Positions 22,339 through 33,985 of a stretch of 64,000 nucleotides of DNA are shown piece after piece. The position numbers were made by a program, and so were the translations under genes. The first letter of the stretch is position 1; each line of letters opens with the position of its first letter. This DNA comes from an uncultured bacterium (GTDB lineage: Bacteria > Krumholzibacteriota > Krumholzibacteriia > JACNKJ01). Under the pieces are notes generated by a model that did no database searches, had not been told where the DNA came from, and saw only the letters and a program-made list of their open reading frames with translations. The stretch lies in the NCBI GenBank assembly GCA_963695095.1, contig CAVOFT010000001.1:3546529-3610528 (forward strand), given 5' to 3'.

Positions 22339-23180
22339 ATGCGCAAGTACGCTATCCTGATTGGTCTGCTCATGGTAGGCGCGCTGGGGTGGCGGCTGGG
22401 TGGCCTTGGCTACAACCTGCCAGTCTGCGCCAATGTCGATGAGCGGACGGCCTTGAGCGTGCTGCTGCGCTTGAGCCCGCAGGATCCCAATCCGCACTTC
22501 TTCAACTACCCCTCATTCTACTTCTACTCGACCTGGCTTCTGACCCGCCCCTTCTGGGCCCTCGCCGATCCCCTGCTGCTGGGCCGCATCGTGAACCTGC
22601 TCGTCGGTCTCGCCCTCGGCCCGGCGGCCTTCTTCCTCGCCTGGCAGCTCTATCGCTCCCGGCTCGCCGGCGTCATTGCTGCGGCCGCCACCCTGGCGAG
22701 CAGCACCTTGACCCGCAATGCGGGCTACCTCGCCACGGATCCGCTGCTGGCGCTGCTGCTCCTGCTTGGCGCTGGGCTTCTGGCAGGCCTGACGCGCACG
22801 TCGCGCCGCTCCCCCTGGGTCGCCGCCATGCTCTGCCTGGGCCTGGCGCTGGGGACGAAGTACACGGCATTTCTCATGGTGGCCGCCTACTGGCTCTGGG
22901 CGCTCTTGCCCCGGGAGGCCTCGGCGCCCGGGAACTCTTAGCAAGCGGCCACGAGCGCCGCTCCACTCGCTGGCTGCCGGCGCTTGTGCTCCTGCTCGCG
23001 GGCACGCTCTGCGCCGGACTTGCCCTGGCGTGGCCGGAGCAGCAGTTGCTCGCTCGCCTGGGCACGGCAACCAAGGTCGATTCCGCTCTGGACGTTGCAG
23101 ACTTGGCCTGGCTCTCCGGGTTGCGCGCGAAGACCGCCTGCTCGCCGCGTTCCTGGTGATCGCCTCTCTCGCCCAGCGCC
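22339..23180 (+). pseudogene. Truncated or frameshifted family 39 (ArnT/PMT-like) glycosyltransferase
   Basis: MRKYAIL...NVDE...PHFFNYP...GTKY; stop at 22941, hydrophobic continuation in other frames to about 23180, no C-terminal half. Confidence 0.6.
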
Positions 23181-24294
23181 CGAGACGGCGCTGCTCCTGG
23201 GTAGCGCCGAAGGCCAGGCGCAGGGCATCCGGATGCAGGAGCGGATTGTGGATCCTGATCTGCGAGAGGCTCGTGGCGATGTTCGCTCCCGCCCAGTAGC
23301 GCAGGTGCAGGCGCAGGTATGCGAAGTCGAGCCGGTCGCGCTTGCGGCGCAAGCGGCGCTGGGCGCCCGCGCGCGCGGCCAGCGCCGAGGCCCGGTGTGC
23401 AGGCTCCTTGCGCAGCGCCTCGGCCCAGTCCCCGCGCAGGAGCTGCAGCGGCACGGGCTTCTGGTACATCCGCGAGGTCACCAAGCGCGACCAGTCGGGG
23501 TCGCGATCCTCGTCGAGCCCGACGGGATCCTGGAGCCACCAGAAGTCCCGGTAGAGCTCACCGCCCAGCCCACCCACCGAGACCTCGTAGGCTCCCCTGT
23601 TTTCCTGGAGCCTCAGCAGCCGGGCCGCCAGGCGCGGATGCACGCAGCCGTTGGCGGCTTCGAGTGCCGGTTGCCAGACGTCGACAGCATCTGCCGCCTC
23701 GCTGCGATCGTGCATGAGCTCGACGCCCAGCCGCTTCGCCAGCCGCCGCGCAATCGTGGGATCGGGCGTGCCCGGCTCACCGGTGACCGTGGCGGTGAAC
23801 TCGATCCCTGCGGCCTTGAGCGACAGCGCTACCAGCCGCGAGTCCAGGCCACCAGTGAGATCACAGATCACGCGCCAGCCCCGCAGGGGAGCCACCGCAA
23901 TCTGGAGGGTATCCAAGAGCATTGCTGTCGAGGGCGCGGGGGACTCCCGCCAGAGCTCATCCTCATCGGGCGTTCTCACCTGGAGTTCGCCGACTTCCTG
24001 CGCCACCCATGCTCCCGGCGGCAGGGCCAGGATGCGGGGATGGATGGCACCATCGTAGAAGACCCCGTTGCTCAGAAACGAGGCACACACTGCAGGATCG
24101 GGGAGCAGGCCATTGTGCTTGGCTAGCGCGAGCGGCGAAGGCGACACCTGCGCTGTGCCTGACAGGGCGTAGAGCGGCACGCAGGCATTGGAGTCAAGTT
24201 GCCATGCACTCCCACCTTGGGCTCTGTCTTCCCGAATCAGGAAGTGGGTCAGTGATCGCGAAAGCGCATCCCCCCAGGCTTCATGATTTAGCAT
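22513..24294 (-). CDS. Asparagine-synthase-like amidotransferase of the polysaccharide locus; sequence beyond about 23140 looks spurious
   Basis: DLTGGLDSR PP-loop, GLGGELYRDFWW and NPLL motifs. Confidence 0.65.
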   Translation of the reverse strand: MLNHEAWGDALSRSLTHFLIREDRAQGGSAWQLDSNACVPLYALSGTAQVSPSPLALAKHNGLLPDPAVCASFLSNGVFYDGAIHPRILALPPGAWVAQEVGELQVRTPDEDELWRESPAPSTAMLLDTLQIAVAPLRGWRVICDLTGGLDSRLVALSLKAAGIEFTATVTGEPGTPDPTIARRLAKRLGVELMHDRSEAADAVDVWQPALEAANGCVHPRLAARLLRLQENRGAYEVSVGGLGGELYRDFWWLQDPVGLDEDRDPDWSRLVTSRMYQKPVPLQLLRGDWAEALRKEPAHRASALAARAGAQRRLRRKRDRLDFAYLRLHLRYWAGANIATSLSQIRIHNPLLHPDALRLAFGATQEQRRLGRWAREAITRNAASRRSSRATRRARPSLQRPERNRPWLPCPGERATAAPATPGQVRRRACPRAGAQAPAASEWSGARGRLLRVPGRRGLPGQERPEPVGGHHEKCRVLRPQRQAQAEHGGDPGGAARRARQACQKPSAKQEQQRQQRIRGEVARIAGQGAARQGGGRSNDAGEPGAIELPGEEEGRRAEGETDEQVHDAAQQQGIGEGPEGAGQKPGRVEVE

Positions 24295-25413
24295 GGCTCA
24301 GCTCGCCGTAGAGGACGACCAGCCGCTCCAGCTCGCGCTCCCAGTTGAAGCGCTCGGCGACGGCCGCCCGCCCGCGCTCGCCCATGGCGCGGGCCTGCTC
24401 GGGATGCGCGTCCAGCCAGCGAATCGCCTGCACCACGGCCGCGTTGTCGGCCGGGTCCACGCAGAGGCCGCAGCCAACGCCCTCGACGAGCGCCTTCCAC
24501 ACGGGGAAGTCCGCGCAGAGCACGGGAATCCCCGCGCCCATGTACTCGAAGAACTTGGTCAGCTCCTTGCGGCGATAGTGCTCCGTGGGCGGGAAGAGGG
24601 CGAGGCCGGCCGTCCAGCCACCTTCGCTGTACTGCGCGAGGATGCGCTCGTAGGGCAGGTGCTCGCCCGCCCCCTCGATGTGCAGCCGCTTCGCGTTCTC
24701 GCCGGCCAGCGCGCGCAGCTCCGCAGCCCAGGTCGGCTTGCACCAACCGACCAGGTGCACTTCGACCTCCGGCAGCAGGTTCACCAGGTTCGCGTGCACG
24801 GCGCCGCCGCGATCCCGCCAATGGCCCCCCGTGTAGAGCAGGCGGATGCGCCCCGGCGCGGGCGGCGGCTGCAGACCCGCGGGCAGGCTGTCCAGGCGCG
24901 GGTAGTTGAGCACGAGGGTGCCGCGCGGGAAGCGGTCGGCGTAGTAGCGCTCCGCCAGCACGCAGCAGAAGGCGCGTGCGGCGAGCCGTTCAAAGCCATC
25001 GAAGAGCCCGCCGAAGAGTCGGCCGAGCAGGCGCGAAACGCGCGGCGACAGATAGTGCTTCTGGTAGAGCGAGCTGACGTTGTCCTCGTGGATGTCGTAA
25101 ACCACGCGCTTGCCGAGCAGGCGCAGCCAGAGCCCGGCGGGGATCAGCTCCGGATCGTGGATGTGATAGATGTCCGGGTCGAGCCGCCGGGCCGCGGCGA
25201 GCACGCGCCAGGGCGCGACGAGCATGCGCGCGAGCCGCCCCCGGGGGCGCCGCAGGCCGACGATCGCCACGCCGTCGCGGTCACCGCTCTCGGCGCCTGC
25301 GCAGATCAGCGTGACGGCGACGTCTCGCTCGGCGAGCCCGCGACATTCCTTGTGAAAGACTCGGGCGTCGTAGGGCGCGTGCACGCTGGTGAGATGCGCG
25401 ACCCGCAGCGGCT

Positions 25414-25417
<4 letters not shown>
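24281..25417 (-). CDS. Glycosyltransferase family 4
   Basis: [46 protein letters not shown] overlap with trpB stop. Confidence 0.88.
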
Positions 25418-26628
<1,211 letters not shown>

Positions 26629-26653
26629 GCTGCCTCCTCGCACGGGTGCGGGC

Positions 26654-26682
26654 AGCATAGCCGAAGGCGCCGCGGCCGACAA
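26654..26682 (-). promoter_or_regulatory. Sigma70-type promoter of trpB block
   Basis: TTGTCG-N17-TATGCT upstream of GAGGAGG RBS. Confidence 0.55.
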
Positions 26683-26699
26683 CGGCGGCGGCATGGGCC

Positions 26700-26880
26700 T
26701 CCGGGCCGGCGGGCGCGATGGCGTCGCCGTAGGCGTAGTTCGGCGTATCCACGCCGCTCACCCAGTGCATGTGCTCGCCGTAGTCGATGCACTGCGCCTG
26801 AAGCGGCGCCGCCGCCATGAGCAGCCGCAAGCAGCGCCAGGAACAACTTCAGCGCGCCCCCTCTCGTGCCCGCCCATCCC
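26700..26880 (-). pseudogene. Remnant 5' end of a secreted LVIVD-repeat-like protein
   Basis: Frameshifted signal peptide, then [28 protein letters not shown], ending abruptly. Confidence 0.45.
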
Positions 26881-26951
26881 CGTGTGGCCGGCCAACGGCC
26901 ACGCATTGGTTTCGCTGATCTCATCAATCATGACACAAAGGGGCGGCGCGC

Positions 26952-29573
26952 TCAGCGCAGCAGCACGGCCTTGCGCTGGGCACTCGCGCCAGGGGCACGC
27001 AGGCGCAGGAAGTAGACCCCCGCCGGCGCCGCCGCGCCGGCGGCATCGCGGCCGTCCCAGCTGACCTCGCCCGCATCGAGATCCACGGCGAGCCGCTGCA
27101 CGCGCCGGCCACGCACATCGAAGACCTCGAGCCATGCGCGCTCACCCGCGCGCCGTGAGCCCGCGCGCGCAGCCACACCTTCGATCGCGAAGCGCAACGG
27201 CGCGCGCCCGGCTGCCGGCCCAACGAACCGCAGGGAGGGCGGCCAGTCCGCGATGTCCGGCTGCTGGTAGTCCGGGTGCGCCAGGCTGGTCACGAAATCC
27301 CCGTGCCGCTCGAAGCCCACCTGCTGCAGGCCGGCGATCACGGCGACAGCGCCCGGCGCATAGGCCTTGAAGACCAGGTCCGGCGAGGACAGGCGGAGCA
27401 GTGCCCCGTCCCAGACCGCCGTGCCCGCGGGCTCCAGGCCGATGAGCAGGCGCCCCTCCCCGCGCAGGCGCCTGCCCTGGATCAGCGCCGTGCGCAGCGC
27501 GCCGGCTTCCTTCTCGATCACGCCCCAGGCGCCCGCGCCCTCGAGGCGCTCGCCCGTGGCCGGGATCGCCAGCGGCGCCGTCCCCGTGCTCACGAGGATC
27601 CGCCGCTCGCGCGCGCCGAGCGTGGTCAGCAGGCGCAGGCCCTCGGCATGGCGCTCGGTGCTGCTGGCGGGCAGCGCCGCGCCCGGCGCCACCGGCGTGA
27701 GTTGCCACAGGAAGTGGAAGTGATCGGTCGTCTGGCTGACGTAGAAGAGCTGCGTGTTGGGATCCGGGTTGCCGTTGTCGAAGGCCGAGACGCTGGTGCC
27801 CAGCCCCGCCCGCGGCGGGTCGTGCAGGAACATCCGCAGCAGGCCGCTCTCCCCGGCAATTCGCCACTGGCCGCCGCCGATCTCGCTGAGCGCAAGCCCC
27901 TCGTCGAAGTGCAGTCGCCAGCGCCAGTAGTGCCAGCCCGCGTCGGCCTTGATCAGATCATCGCGCAGGAAGAGCTCGGGCAACTCGCCCGCCTCCGCGT
28001 CGCCCGGAAAGACGAGCAGCGTGCGCGAGGCGCGCTGCATCGGGTTGCCGCCGTCGTAGCCCCAGGACCAGTCCCAGCCCGGCCAGGGCACGTCCGGATC
28101 GTTGAAGGGCGAATGCGTCGTGTAGGCCGCGGCCATGTCCACGTTGAGCGCGGAGAGAAAGGGCGACTCGATCCAGGCCGCGAGCGCCCCGTCCGTGCCG
28201 ACGCTCGATCCCGCGTTGTGCTGCCCGAGTCCGTCGGCCGTGGGCAGGTTGTGGGCCTGCGTCTGCCTGGCCGCGGCGCCGGCCCCGTTGTCGAGCGCGA
28301 AGCCGTGCCCGAAGGCCCGCAGCGTGAACTGGCCGACGTCCTCCTGCGCGTGGCCGCCCATGAAGCGGCTGCCTTCCAGCGTGAGCAGGAAGCTCGTGGC
28401 GGGATCCGCGCCCGGCCAGCCGAGCCGGTGCACGTAGAGCCCGCCGTCGGGGAAGTAGCGCCAGGGGGGCAGCACGGGCGCGTACTCGGGACCGCTGGTA
28501 TGCCAGAGCAGGGTGGCCACGGGATCGCTGTCGTGGCCGAAGTCGTGGCCCAGCGCGCCCGAGCTGCGCGCGAGCAGCCAGCGCGCGAAGGCCGGCTGCG
28601 GCCCGCGCAGGGTCGCCCATTCGAGCAGGCTGTGATGCCGCGCGAGGATGTAGTCCGCCGTGTTGCTCTCGTTGCGATTGAGCGTAGCGCCCCCACCCGC
28701 TGGCAGCATCTGGTAGGCCAGCCATTCGAGCAACTGCTGCGCCCGCGCGGCTTCCCCGCCCTCTTCGCCCTCGAGACGGCGCAGCGCCTCCCAGGTGGGC
28801 AGGAGCGTGCGCATCGACCAGGCCAGGTAGGTGATGCCCTCGCGATAGCTCCCGTCCGCGCCGAAGAGATCCCGCCAGGCCTTGGCCAGCAGGACTTCGC
28901 CCGTGGCCCGCGCCTGGAACACCAGCGGCTCCTCGGGCAGGTCCTTCTCGAGCAGCAATGACGCCAGCACGAGCTGGGCGCCCAGGGTCACGCTCTTGTT
29001 GCTGAGCAGCGGATTGTAGAGGAAGACGAGAAAGTCCGGGTCCGTGCACATCGCCTGCAGGTAGACGAGGATCTCGTCCACGATCGCCTGTCGCTCGGCC
29101 TCGCTGGCGCTGCCGAAGGCGCAGTCGTAGCCCCAGACCAGATCGTGCAGGCGCAGCGCCGGGCCGAGCACGCCGAGCCCGGCATCCGGCTCAGGTCCCG
29201 CGTTCGCGCCCAGCCAGGCCAGCGCGGCCTCCAGGGCCGCCGCGGCCTGCCCGGCTAGCGGCGGCTCGGCGAGCTGGGCGACGAGCGAAAGCTCCTCAAT
29301 GCACTGGAAGCCCCAGTAGCCATCGGCGAGCAAGAGACTCTCGGGCGGAACGGCGACCAGGCTCTCCGCCACGGCCAGGGTCGCCTGCCAGACCTCCGCG
29401 CGGCGCGCATCGCCCGCGATCTCCCCGAGCAGCGCGGGGCGCCCGGCGGCATCGAAGAGCAGTTGCGGATGGTGCTCTTCATGCGGCGGCAGCGCCCGGA
29501 CAGGAGGCGGGGCTGCCGCGCCCAGGAAGAGGGCAGCGAGTGCAAAGGTTCGAAGCAGCTGACAGACGGGCAC
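26952..29573 (-). CDS. Secreted heparinase II/III-like polysaccharide lyase with FlgD-like C-terminal domain
   Basis: Signal peptide; DGSYREGITY, GGHAQEDVGQF, TQAHN; tail WDGRDAAG...GVYFLRL. Confidence 0.7.
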   Translation of the reverse strand: MPVCQLLRTFALAALFLGAAAPPPVRALPPHEEHHPQLLFDAAGRPALLGEIAGDARRAEVWQATLAVAESLVAVPPESLLLADGYWGFQCIEELSLVAQLAEPPLAGQAAAALEAALAWLGANAGPEPDAGLGVLGPALRLHDLVWGYDCAFGSASEAERQAIVDEILVYLQAMCTDPDFLVFLYNPLLSNKSVTLGAQLVLASLLLEKDLPEEPLVFQARATGEVLLAKAWRDLFGADGSYREGITYLAWSMRTLLPTWEALRRLEGEEGGEAARAQQLLEWLAYQMLPAGGGATLNRNESNTADYILARHHSLLEWATLRGPQPAFARWLLARSSGALGHDFGHDSDPVATLLWHTSGPEYAPVLPPWRYFPDGGLYVHRLGWPGADPATSFLLTLEGSRFMGGHAQEDVGQFTLRAFGHGFALDNGAGAAARQTQAHNLPTADGLGQHNAGSSVGTDGALAAWIESPFLSALNVDMAAAYTTHSPFNDPDVPWPGWDWSWGYDGGNPMQRASRTLLVFPGDAEAGELPELFLRDDLIKADAGWHYWRWRLHFDEGLALSEIGGGQWRIAGESGLLRMFLHDPPRAGLGTSVSAFDNGNPDPNTQLFYVSQTTDHFHFLWQLTPVAPGAALPASSTERHAEGLRLLTTLGARERRILVSTGTAPLAIPATGERLEGAGAWGVIEKEAGALRTALIQGRRLRGEGRLLIGLEPAGTAVWDGALLRLSSPDLVFKAYAPGAVAVIAGLQQVGFERHGDFVTSLAHPDYQQPDIADWPPSLRFVGPAAGRAPLRFAIEGVAARAGSRRAGERAWLEVFDVRGRRVQRLAVDLDAGEVSWDGRDAAGAAAPAGVYFLRLRAPGASAQRKAVLLR

Positions 29574-29931
29574 GGTCACTCCGGACTGACCAGGGTATCG
29601 GGGACACTCCTCAATGATAGCGGATCGCCGCCCGGTACCGCGAGCCGCCGTGGAACTCCTTGCCCGCGAAGCGCTTGAAGGCCGGCGTGGGCGGCCCGCA
29701 GGCGCCCCGATTTCCCTTGACCCTGGCCGCATCGTCCCGCTTAGTTTGACTCTTGCCCCCGCAGCGGACCCGAAACTCGCAGGGGTCCGCCTCGTTCACT
29801 GGCCCGTTTGCCGGAGGGGCATTCCCCTGCCTTTGCCTGCGGCGGTCGCTCATACGAGCGGGCGAGCGCATGCGCAGGCGCCGTTTCCCCGCTTGCGCTC
29901 GATGCCCAGGGGTTCTCAGCAAGGAGTCACG

Positions 29932-30690
29932 ATGCCGTTCATCGCACAGGGTTCGGGAGGCGTCCTCGGGGACCTCGGCAATCTTATCGCGGGCACCACG
30001 CTGCTCGGCAAGTTCGTGCTCGTCATCCTCTTTGTCATGTCGGTCATCTCCTGGGCGCTGATGGTCGAGCGCGGGCGGCGCCTCGGCCGCGCGGCGCGCA
30101 GCAACGGCCGCTTCTGGGAGCAGTTCCTGCCCGCCCGCGAGGACGCCGGCGCCCTGCGCCGCCTCGGCGCCTGGGCCGAGCAGCGCGGCGAGTCGCCGCT
30201 GGCGGTGGTCTATCAGTACTTCAGCCGCGAGATCCTGCCCGGCGCCTTCGGCCAGGCCACCTCCGCCGAGCGCCTGCGCACGCTCGGCGAAGTGCTCGCC
30301 CGCGGCGTGGATCGCGTGGCCACGGCCGAGATGGGCAAGCTCGAGCGCGGCATGAGCTGGCTGGCCACCTTCACCTCGACGGCGCCCTTCATCGGCCTCC
30401 TCGGCACGGTCTACGGCATCCTCACCAGCTTCCTCGAGATCGGCCGCCAGGGCTCGGCCTCGCTGGACGCCGTGGGCCCGGGCATCGCCGAGTCGCTGGT
30501 GGCCACAGTGGCCGGCCTGGGCGTGGCCATTCCGGCGGCCGTGGCCTACAACTACTTCATCGGCAAGCTCAAGCAGCAGGACGCCGAGCTGCAGGCCCTG
30601 GGCGCGCACCTCGGCGACCTGCTCGCCCGCGAGGACCTGCGCGTCGAGACCGCCCCGGCCCCGCCGCCGGCGGCGAGGGCGCTCTCATGA
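29932..30690 (+). CDS. tolQ: MotA/TolQ/ExbB proton channel protein
   Basis: [45 protein letters not shown]. Confidence 0.9.
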   Translation: MPFIAQGSGGVLGDLGNLIAGTTLLGKFVLVILFVMSVISWALMVERGRRLGRAARSNGRFWEQFLPAREDAGALRRLGAWAEQRGESPLAVVYQYFSREILPGAFGQATSAERLRTLGEVLARGVDRVATAEMGKLERGMSWLATFTSTAPFIGLLGTVYGILTSFLEIGRQGSASLDAVGPGIAESLVATVAGLGVAIPAAVAYNYFIGKLKQQDAELQALGAHLGDLLAREDLRVETAPAPPPAARALS

Positions 30691-31118
30691 GCGGCGCCAC
30701 CCAGACCTTCACCCGCGGCGGCCGCCACTACGGCAGCCTGGCCGAGATCAACGTCACGCCGCTGGTGGACGTGATGCTCGTGCTGCTGATCATCTTCATG
30801 CTGACGGCGCCCTTCATCGCCGGTGGCGTGGAAGTGAACCTGCCCCACACGCAGACCACGGCCAAGGCGAGCGTGGAGGGCGTGGTGATCACCGTGGACA
30901 AGCAGCGGCGCGTCTACCTCGACGAGACCCCGATCCAGCTCGCCGAGCTGAAGGACATTCTCGCCGAGATCCGGCCCGCGGGCGATGTGAGGCCGGTCTA
31001 CCTGCGCAGCGACCAGGAGGTGCCCTACGGCTTCGTGGTGCGCGTGATGGGCACGATCAAGGAGGCCGGCGTCGCCGGCCTCAGTCTGGTGGTCGACCCC
31101 GACGACGAGGTCGAATAG
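30687..31118 (+). CDS. tolR: TolR/ExbD protein
   Basis: [19 protein letters not shown]. Confidence 0.9.
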   Translation: MSGATQTFTRGGRHYGSLAEINVTPLVDVMLVLLIIFMLTAPFIAGGVEVNLPHTQTTAKASVEGVVITVDKQRRVYLDETPIQLAELKDILAEIRPAGDVRPVYLRSDQEVPYGFVVRVMGTIKEAGVAGLSLVVDPDDEVE

Positions 31119-31133
31119 AGAGGCGCCGCGGCC

Positions 31134-31942
31134 GTGAAGCCCGCTCATCTCATCGCGTCCTTCTTCGGCCACCTGGTCCTCCTGGTGTTGCTCGGCATGG
31201 CCTCCACCCTGCTCAAGCAGACGCCCCCGCCGCCGCCCGACACCATCCGCATCAGCTTCGGCCAGCTGCCGCGCAGCGGCGGCAGCAAGCGCCGCGAGAC
31301 GCGCGCTCCCCAGATCAGGCCGGCGCCGCCGGCCAGGGAGGAGAGCAAGGCGGCGGCGCCCATCGCCAAGCCGAAGGAGACGCCGAAGCCCAAGGATACG
31401 CCCAAGGCGACGACGGAGACTCCCAAGCCTCCCGCGGCCAAGCCGGCCGAGGCCGTGAAGCCGGTGACGAAGAGCGAGGCCGCCCAGGCGCCCGAGAAGG
31501 TCGTGCCCGCGCCGGCCCGGGTCTGCCCGAGGGCGCGGGCACGGCGCCGGCCGGCGCCAAGGAGGCCGCCCCCGCGCCAGGCGGCGCGGCGGAGGCGGGC
31601 CCGGGGCCCGAATCCCTGGGCGGCGGCGCCAGCGTGCAAGCGTGGGGTGACTTGGGGGCCGGCGATTCCTATCTTGGTCTCGTGCAGAGCAAGATCGGCC
31701 GGCGCTGGCAGCCGAGCGCGGCGAGTACGCAGGGACGGGCCGTCCTGGAGGCCATCGTCAGCTTCAGGATCGGCGCGAACGGCGAGATCCTGGAGCCGAC
31801 GATCTTCCAGGCGAGCGGGCTCTCGGTCTACGACCGCGAGGCCCTGCGCGCGGTGGTCGAGGCGAATCCCCTGCCGCCTCCGCCCCTGCGCTTTCGCGCG
31901 GCAGGTCTCAAGATCCAGTTCAGCTTCACCTACCGCCGGTGA
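31134..31942 (+). CDS. tolA: TolA/TonB family protein (apparent frameshift near 31520)
   Basis: N-terminal TM with S..GH, Pro/Lys-rich linker, TonB_C-like domain (SGLSVYDREALRAV) in a second frame. Confidence 0.75.
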
Positions 31943-33348
31943 GCGCGATCGGGGAGGGCATGGTCAGGCAGCAGATGCAGACTGGAGGCAGCCGCCCGCG
32001 GTTCCGCAGGTGGCTCGCGCGCGCCCTCGCCGCGCTGGCCGTTCTCCTGCTCGCCCTACCGGCGAGCGCCCAGGGCGGCGGCGAGCCGGGGCCGGGGGAT
32101 GTGATCCGTCTCGGCGTGGAACGCAGCTCGGTGCCGCGCCTGCGGGTGAAGCTGCTGCCCCTGGAGGTGCTGACCAGCGCCCCCGGCGCCGCCGAGGCGG
32201 CCACCGCGATGGCCGGTCGCCTGGCCCGGGACCTTCATTACAGCGGCCTCATCGAGATCGTCCTGCCGCTGCCGCCAGGGGTCCCCTCGCCCTACAGCAA
32301 CGGCCGCGGGCCGCGGACCCAGGAGGGCGGCGCCCCCGAGTTCGGGATCACCCTGCGCCTGGAAACCGCACCGGGGGCCGGGCTCGTCTGGGTGGCACGC
32401 CTGGTCGAGCCCGGCGGCGGCTTCCGCGTGAGCAAGCGCTACACGGTGGAACTGCCTGATTTCGCGCGCTCCGTGCACCATTTCGCCGACGAAGTGATCA
32501 TGCAGCTCACGGGCGAGCAGGGCATCGCCCAGACGCGCGTGCTCTTCAGCCGCGGCAAGGGCGACGAGCGCGAGCTCTACGTGGTGGACTATGATGGCGA
32601 GAACCTGCGCCAGGTCACCCGCAACGGCAGCCTGAACCTGACCCCGCGCTGGTCGCCGGACGGCAGCAAGGTGGCCTACACCTCCTATCATGGCGGCCGC
32701 CAGCGCCTGATGCTGCTGGCCAGCGCCACCGGCCAGAGCAGCCGCGTGGGCGACTTCCAGGGCCTGAACCTGGGCCCCGCCTGGTCGCCCGACGGCAGCG
32801 AACTGGCCGTAACGCTTTCTCGTGACGGCAATTCCGAAATCTACCGGCTGAAGCCCGATGGTGCGGTCGTCCAGCGCCTCAGCTTCGAGCCCTCCATCGA
32901 GTGCAGCCCCTGCTGGGACCCCAGCGGCCAGCAGATCGCCTACACCAGCGACCGCACGGGCAGCCCGCAGCTCTACGTGATGGACAAGGTGGGCGCGAAC
33001 CGCCGGCGCATCACCTTCGAGGGCAGCTACAACGAGAGCGCGGCCTGGTCGCCGCGGGGCGACCGGATCGCCTACGTCAGCCGCCACGAGAAGCGCTTCA
33101 CCATCTTCGTGCTGGCGCCCGACGGCAGCGAGCGTCAGCAGGTGACCGTCGCCCAGGATCGCGACAATGAAGATCCCTCCTGGGCCCCCGACGGACGACA
33201 CTTGGTTGTCAGCAGCAACAGAACAGGGTATACCAATCTCTGGGTCATCGACGTCGACTCAGGGGAGGCCCGCCCCCTAACGCGGGGCAAGGGCGATGAC
33301 ACGGGTCCCTGCTGGAGCGGCGCGCCGGGGGCCGCTCGGGGCAACTAG
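31939..33348 (+). CDS. tolB: Tol-Pal beta-propeller protein
   Basis: HHFADEV...TGEQGIAQTR, repeated PxWSPDG PD40 motifs. Confidence 0.9.
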   Translation: MSAIGEGMVRQQMQTGGSRPRFRRWLARALAALAVLLLALPASAQGGGEPGPGDVIRLGVERSSVPRLRVKLLPLEVLTSAPGAAEAATAMAGRLARDLHYSGLIEIVLPLPPGVPSPYSNGRGPRTQEGGAPEFGITLRLETAPGAGLVWVARLVEPGGGFRVSKRYTVELPDFARSVHHFADEVIMQLTGEQGIAQTRVLFSRGKGDERELYVVDYDGENLRQVTRNGSLNLTPRWSPDGSKVAYTSYHGGRQRLMLLASATGQSSRVGDFQGLNLGPAWSPDGSELAVTLSRDGNSEIYRLKPDGAVVQRLSFEPSIECSPCWDPSGQQIAYTSDRTGSPQLYVMDKVGANRRRITFEGSYNESAAWSPRGDRIAYVSRHEKRFTIFVLAPDGSERQQVTVAQDRDNEDPSWAPDGRHLVVSSNRTGYTNLWVIDVDSGEARPLTRGKGDDTGPCWSGAPGAARGN

Positions 33349-33409
33349 GAGGGGGGCCAATGGCGACGACCGGCGTTGAAAGTAGAGACCCAATAACAAG
33401 GAGTTTGCG

Positions 33410-33985
33410 ATGAATGGAAGAATGATGCGCAGCCACCAGCAGCGGGGCGCGTTCACGCTGGCAGTTCTGGCCGCATTGAGCCTCCTGCTCGTGCTCGGTC
33501 TGGGTGGCTGTGGCAAGAAGCAGCAGCAGGCGGACATCAGCAGCATGCCGAGCGATATCTCGAGCGAGGAGCCGATCGCGGTTGCCGACAACGACATCCC
33601 CGTGGCCCAGCCTGCCGCCGAGCCCACCGATGTCATCACCGGTGACATGGGCCTCAAGCCCGTCTTCTTCGACTTCGACAAGCACGAGCTGACGGCCCAG
33701 GCCCGCGAGACCCTCAACGCCAGCGGCCGCATTCTCAAAGAGCTCAAGACCATGCGCGTGACGATCGAGGGCCACTGCGACGAGCGCGGCACCACCCAGT
33801 ACAACCTGGCGCTCGGTGAGAAGCGCGCGCGCGCGGCGATGAGCTACCTGGCGAGCCTTGGCATCGAGAGCGGCCGCATGGAGATCGTCTCCTACGGCAA
33901 GGAGCGCCCCTTCATGATGGGCCACGACGAAGCGTCCTGGGCCCAGAATCGTCGCGCCCACTTCGTGCCGCGCGCCGCAAAGTGA
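33410..33985 (+). CDS. pal: Peptidoglycan-associated lipoprotein
   Basis: Lipobox LGGC; FFDFD, IEGHCDERGT, YNLALGEKRA, SYGKERP, NRRA. Confidence 0.95.
   Translation: MNGRMMRSHQQRGAFTLAVLAALSLLLVLGLGGCGKKQQQADISSMPSDISSEEPIAVADNDIPVAQPAAEPTDVITGDMGLKPVFFDFDKHELTAQARETLNASGRILKELKTMRVTIEGHCDERGTTQYNLALGEKRARAAMSYLASLGIESGRMEIVSYGKERPFMMGHDEASWAQNRRAHFVPRAAK

Noticed and set aside
29614..31118. Long N-terminal extensions of tolQ/tolR, and likewise of trpCF, trpD, trpG, GT4 and isochorismatase in the ORF track
   Set aside because: Family homology and RBS or stop-start overlaps begin at downstream starts.
31500..31560. Programmed frameshift or true pseudogene in tolA (also trpE and the SDR)
   Set aside because: No slippery heptamer is evident, and indels are scattered through the window, so assembly error is more parsimonious.
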